From the NCBI GenBank assembly GCA_964545065.1, contig CAZJEO010000002.1, forward strand, positions 68,879-132,878: a DNA stretch of 64,000 nt, given 5' to 3'. Both the position numbers and the translations under genes were made by a program. This DNA comes from Candidatus Woesearchaeota archaeon. Its GTDB lineage: Archaea > Nanobdellota > Nanobdellia > Pacearchaeales > GW2011-AR1. Below the pieces are notes generated by a model that searched no databases, was not told the origin of the DNA, and saw only the letters and a program-made list of their open reading frames with translations. Below are positions 63,418-64,000 of this stretch, one piece after another; within the stretch, counting starts at the first letter, position 1, and each line of letters opens with the position of its first letter.

Positions 63418-64000
63418 ATGAAAAAAGGAATACTTATTTTAATTGGATTGGTAGCTATTCTATTAGTTAATGGCCTTATTTTTGGTTGGTTTAATGGTAG
63501 TATGACTGGTCAAACTGTTTCACCAAATGGAAAAATTGAGGTTTTAAAAATGGGGCTTATACCAGCAGATGATGCTGATGAAATGTTAAGAAATTACGAG
63601 CCAATTAAAGAATATTTATCTAATGAACTTGGAATTCCTGTGGAAATACAAGTAACCTCAGATTATACAGCTGCAATTGAAGCTATGCGAGCTGAACACA
63701 TTGATATGGCTTGGTTTGGTCCATTTTCGTATATTATTGCTGCAAATGTTGCTAATGCTGAAGCCATTGTTAATGGTGTGAAAGCCAGTACTGGACGTGC
63801 TACATACAAATCAGTAATCATTGTTAATGCGGATAGTGGTATCGAAAGTCTTGAAGATTTAAAAGGAAAAAGCTTTGCTTTTGTTGATCCAGCTTCTACT
63901 TCTGGTAATCTTATTCCACGAAAAATGTTAATTGAAAATCAGATAGATCCAGATAATGATTTTAGTGCAAGTTATTATGCAGGAACACACAATGCTGTGC
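63418..64000 (+). CDS. phnD: Phosphonate/phosphite ABC transporter substrate-binding protein PhnD (3' end outside the window)
   Basis: Not in the ORF track because no stop lies in the window. ATG after AGGGGG. Signal-anchor, then LKMGLIPADDA..YTAAIEAMRAEHIDMAWFGPFSY..DPASTSG, typical of PhnD. Confidence 0.7.
   Translation, partial: MKKGILILIGLVAILLVNGLIFGWFNGSMTGQTVSPNGKIEVLKMGLIPADDADEMLRNYEPIKEYLSNELGIPVEIQVTSDYTAAIEAMRAEHIDMAWFGPFSYIIAANVANAEAIVNGVKASTGRATYKSVIIVNADSGIESLEDLKGKSFAFVDPASTSGNLIPRKMLIENQIDPDNDFSASYYAGTHNAV

Noticed and set aside
1-64000. CRISPR arrays, transposases/integrases, toxin-antitoxin or known defence genes
   Set aside because: No regularly spaced direct repeats and no ORFs with recognisable nuclease/Cas, transposase, integrase or defence-system motifs were seen.

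Overview
AT-rich archaeal window. Gene content and order fit a small-genome, DPANN-like archaeon, but the taxon is inference. No CRISPR array, IS/transposase, integrase or rRNA was seen.

Three blocks:
(1) 1-13.9 kb, housekeeping genes: M50 protease fragment, Taw1/TYW1, a deaminase, the L1-P0-P1 stalk operon, an XPD/DinG-like helicase, tRNA-Ser(UGA), GNAT, a glycosyltransferase, AMP phosphorylase and an AI-2E permease.
(2) 13.9-30.4 kb, the large archaeal ribosomal-protein supercluster (L3 to L15, then SecY and a DUF106/EMC3-like protein). All genes are on the + strand, and most junctions are overlaps or 1-nt spacers.
(3) 32.5-64 kb, a lipid-linked glycosylation / surface-glycan island. It holds AglB/STT3, a GlcNAc-1-P transferase, a flippase-like protein, GT2/GT4/GT39-like enzymes and GDP-heptose pathway genes. 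It also holds five B12-binding radical SAM paralogues, one SPASM/twitch radical SAM, alkaline-phosphatase-superfamily proteins, a sulfatase-nucleotidyltransferase fusion and PhnD.

Most unusual signals:
(a) A GC-rich, hairpin-forming mini-element occurs in short, medium and long forms. It sits in-frame inside at least nine conserved genes: Taw1, L3, L22, S3, S17, L5, L32e, L15 and prefoldin. Its inner stem shows compensatory changes between copies, and different copies are read in different frames.
(b) A second mini-insert lies at the start codons of L1, L23 and L6. It duplicates the start region and creates a conserved leader uORF (VN-Q/R-R/K-FS) whose stop overlaps the real start codon.
(c) An 18-nt sub-module is shared between the two families.
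(d) Five small lineage-specific ORFs and a free-standing B3/B4-domain gene are translationally coupled into the ribosomal operon.

All functional calls rest on by-eye motif and family recognition. No database search was run.
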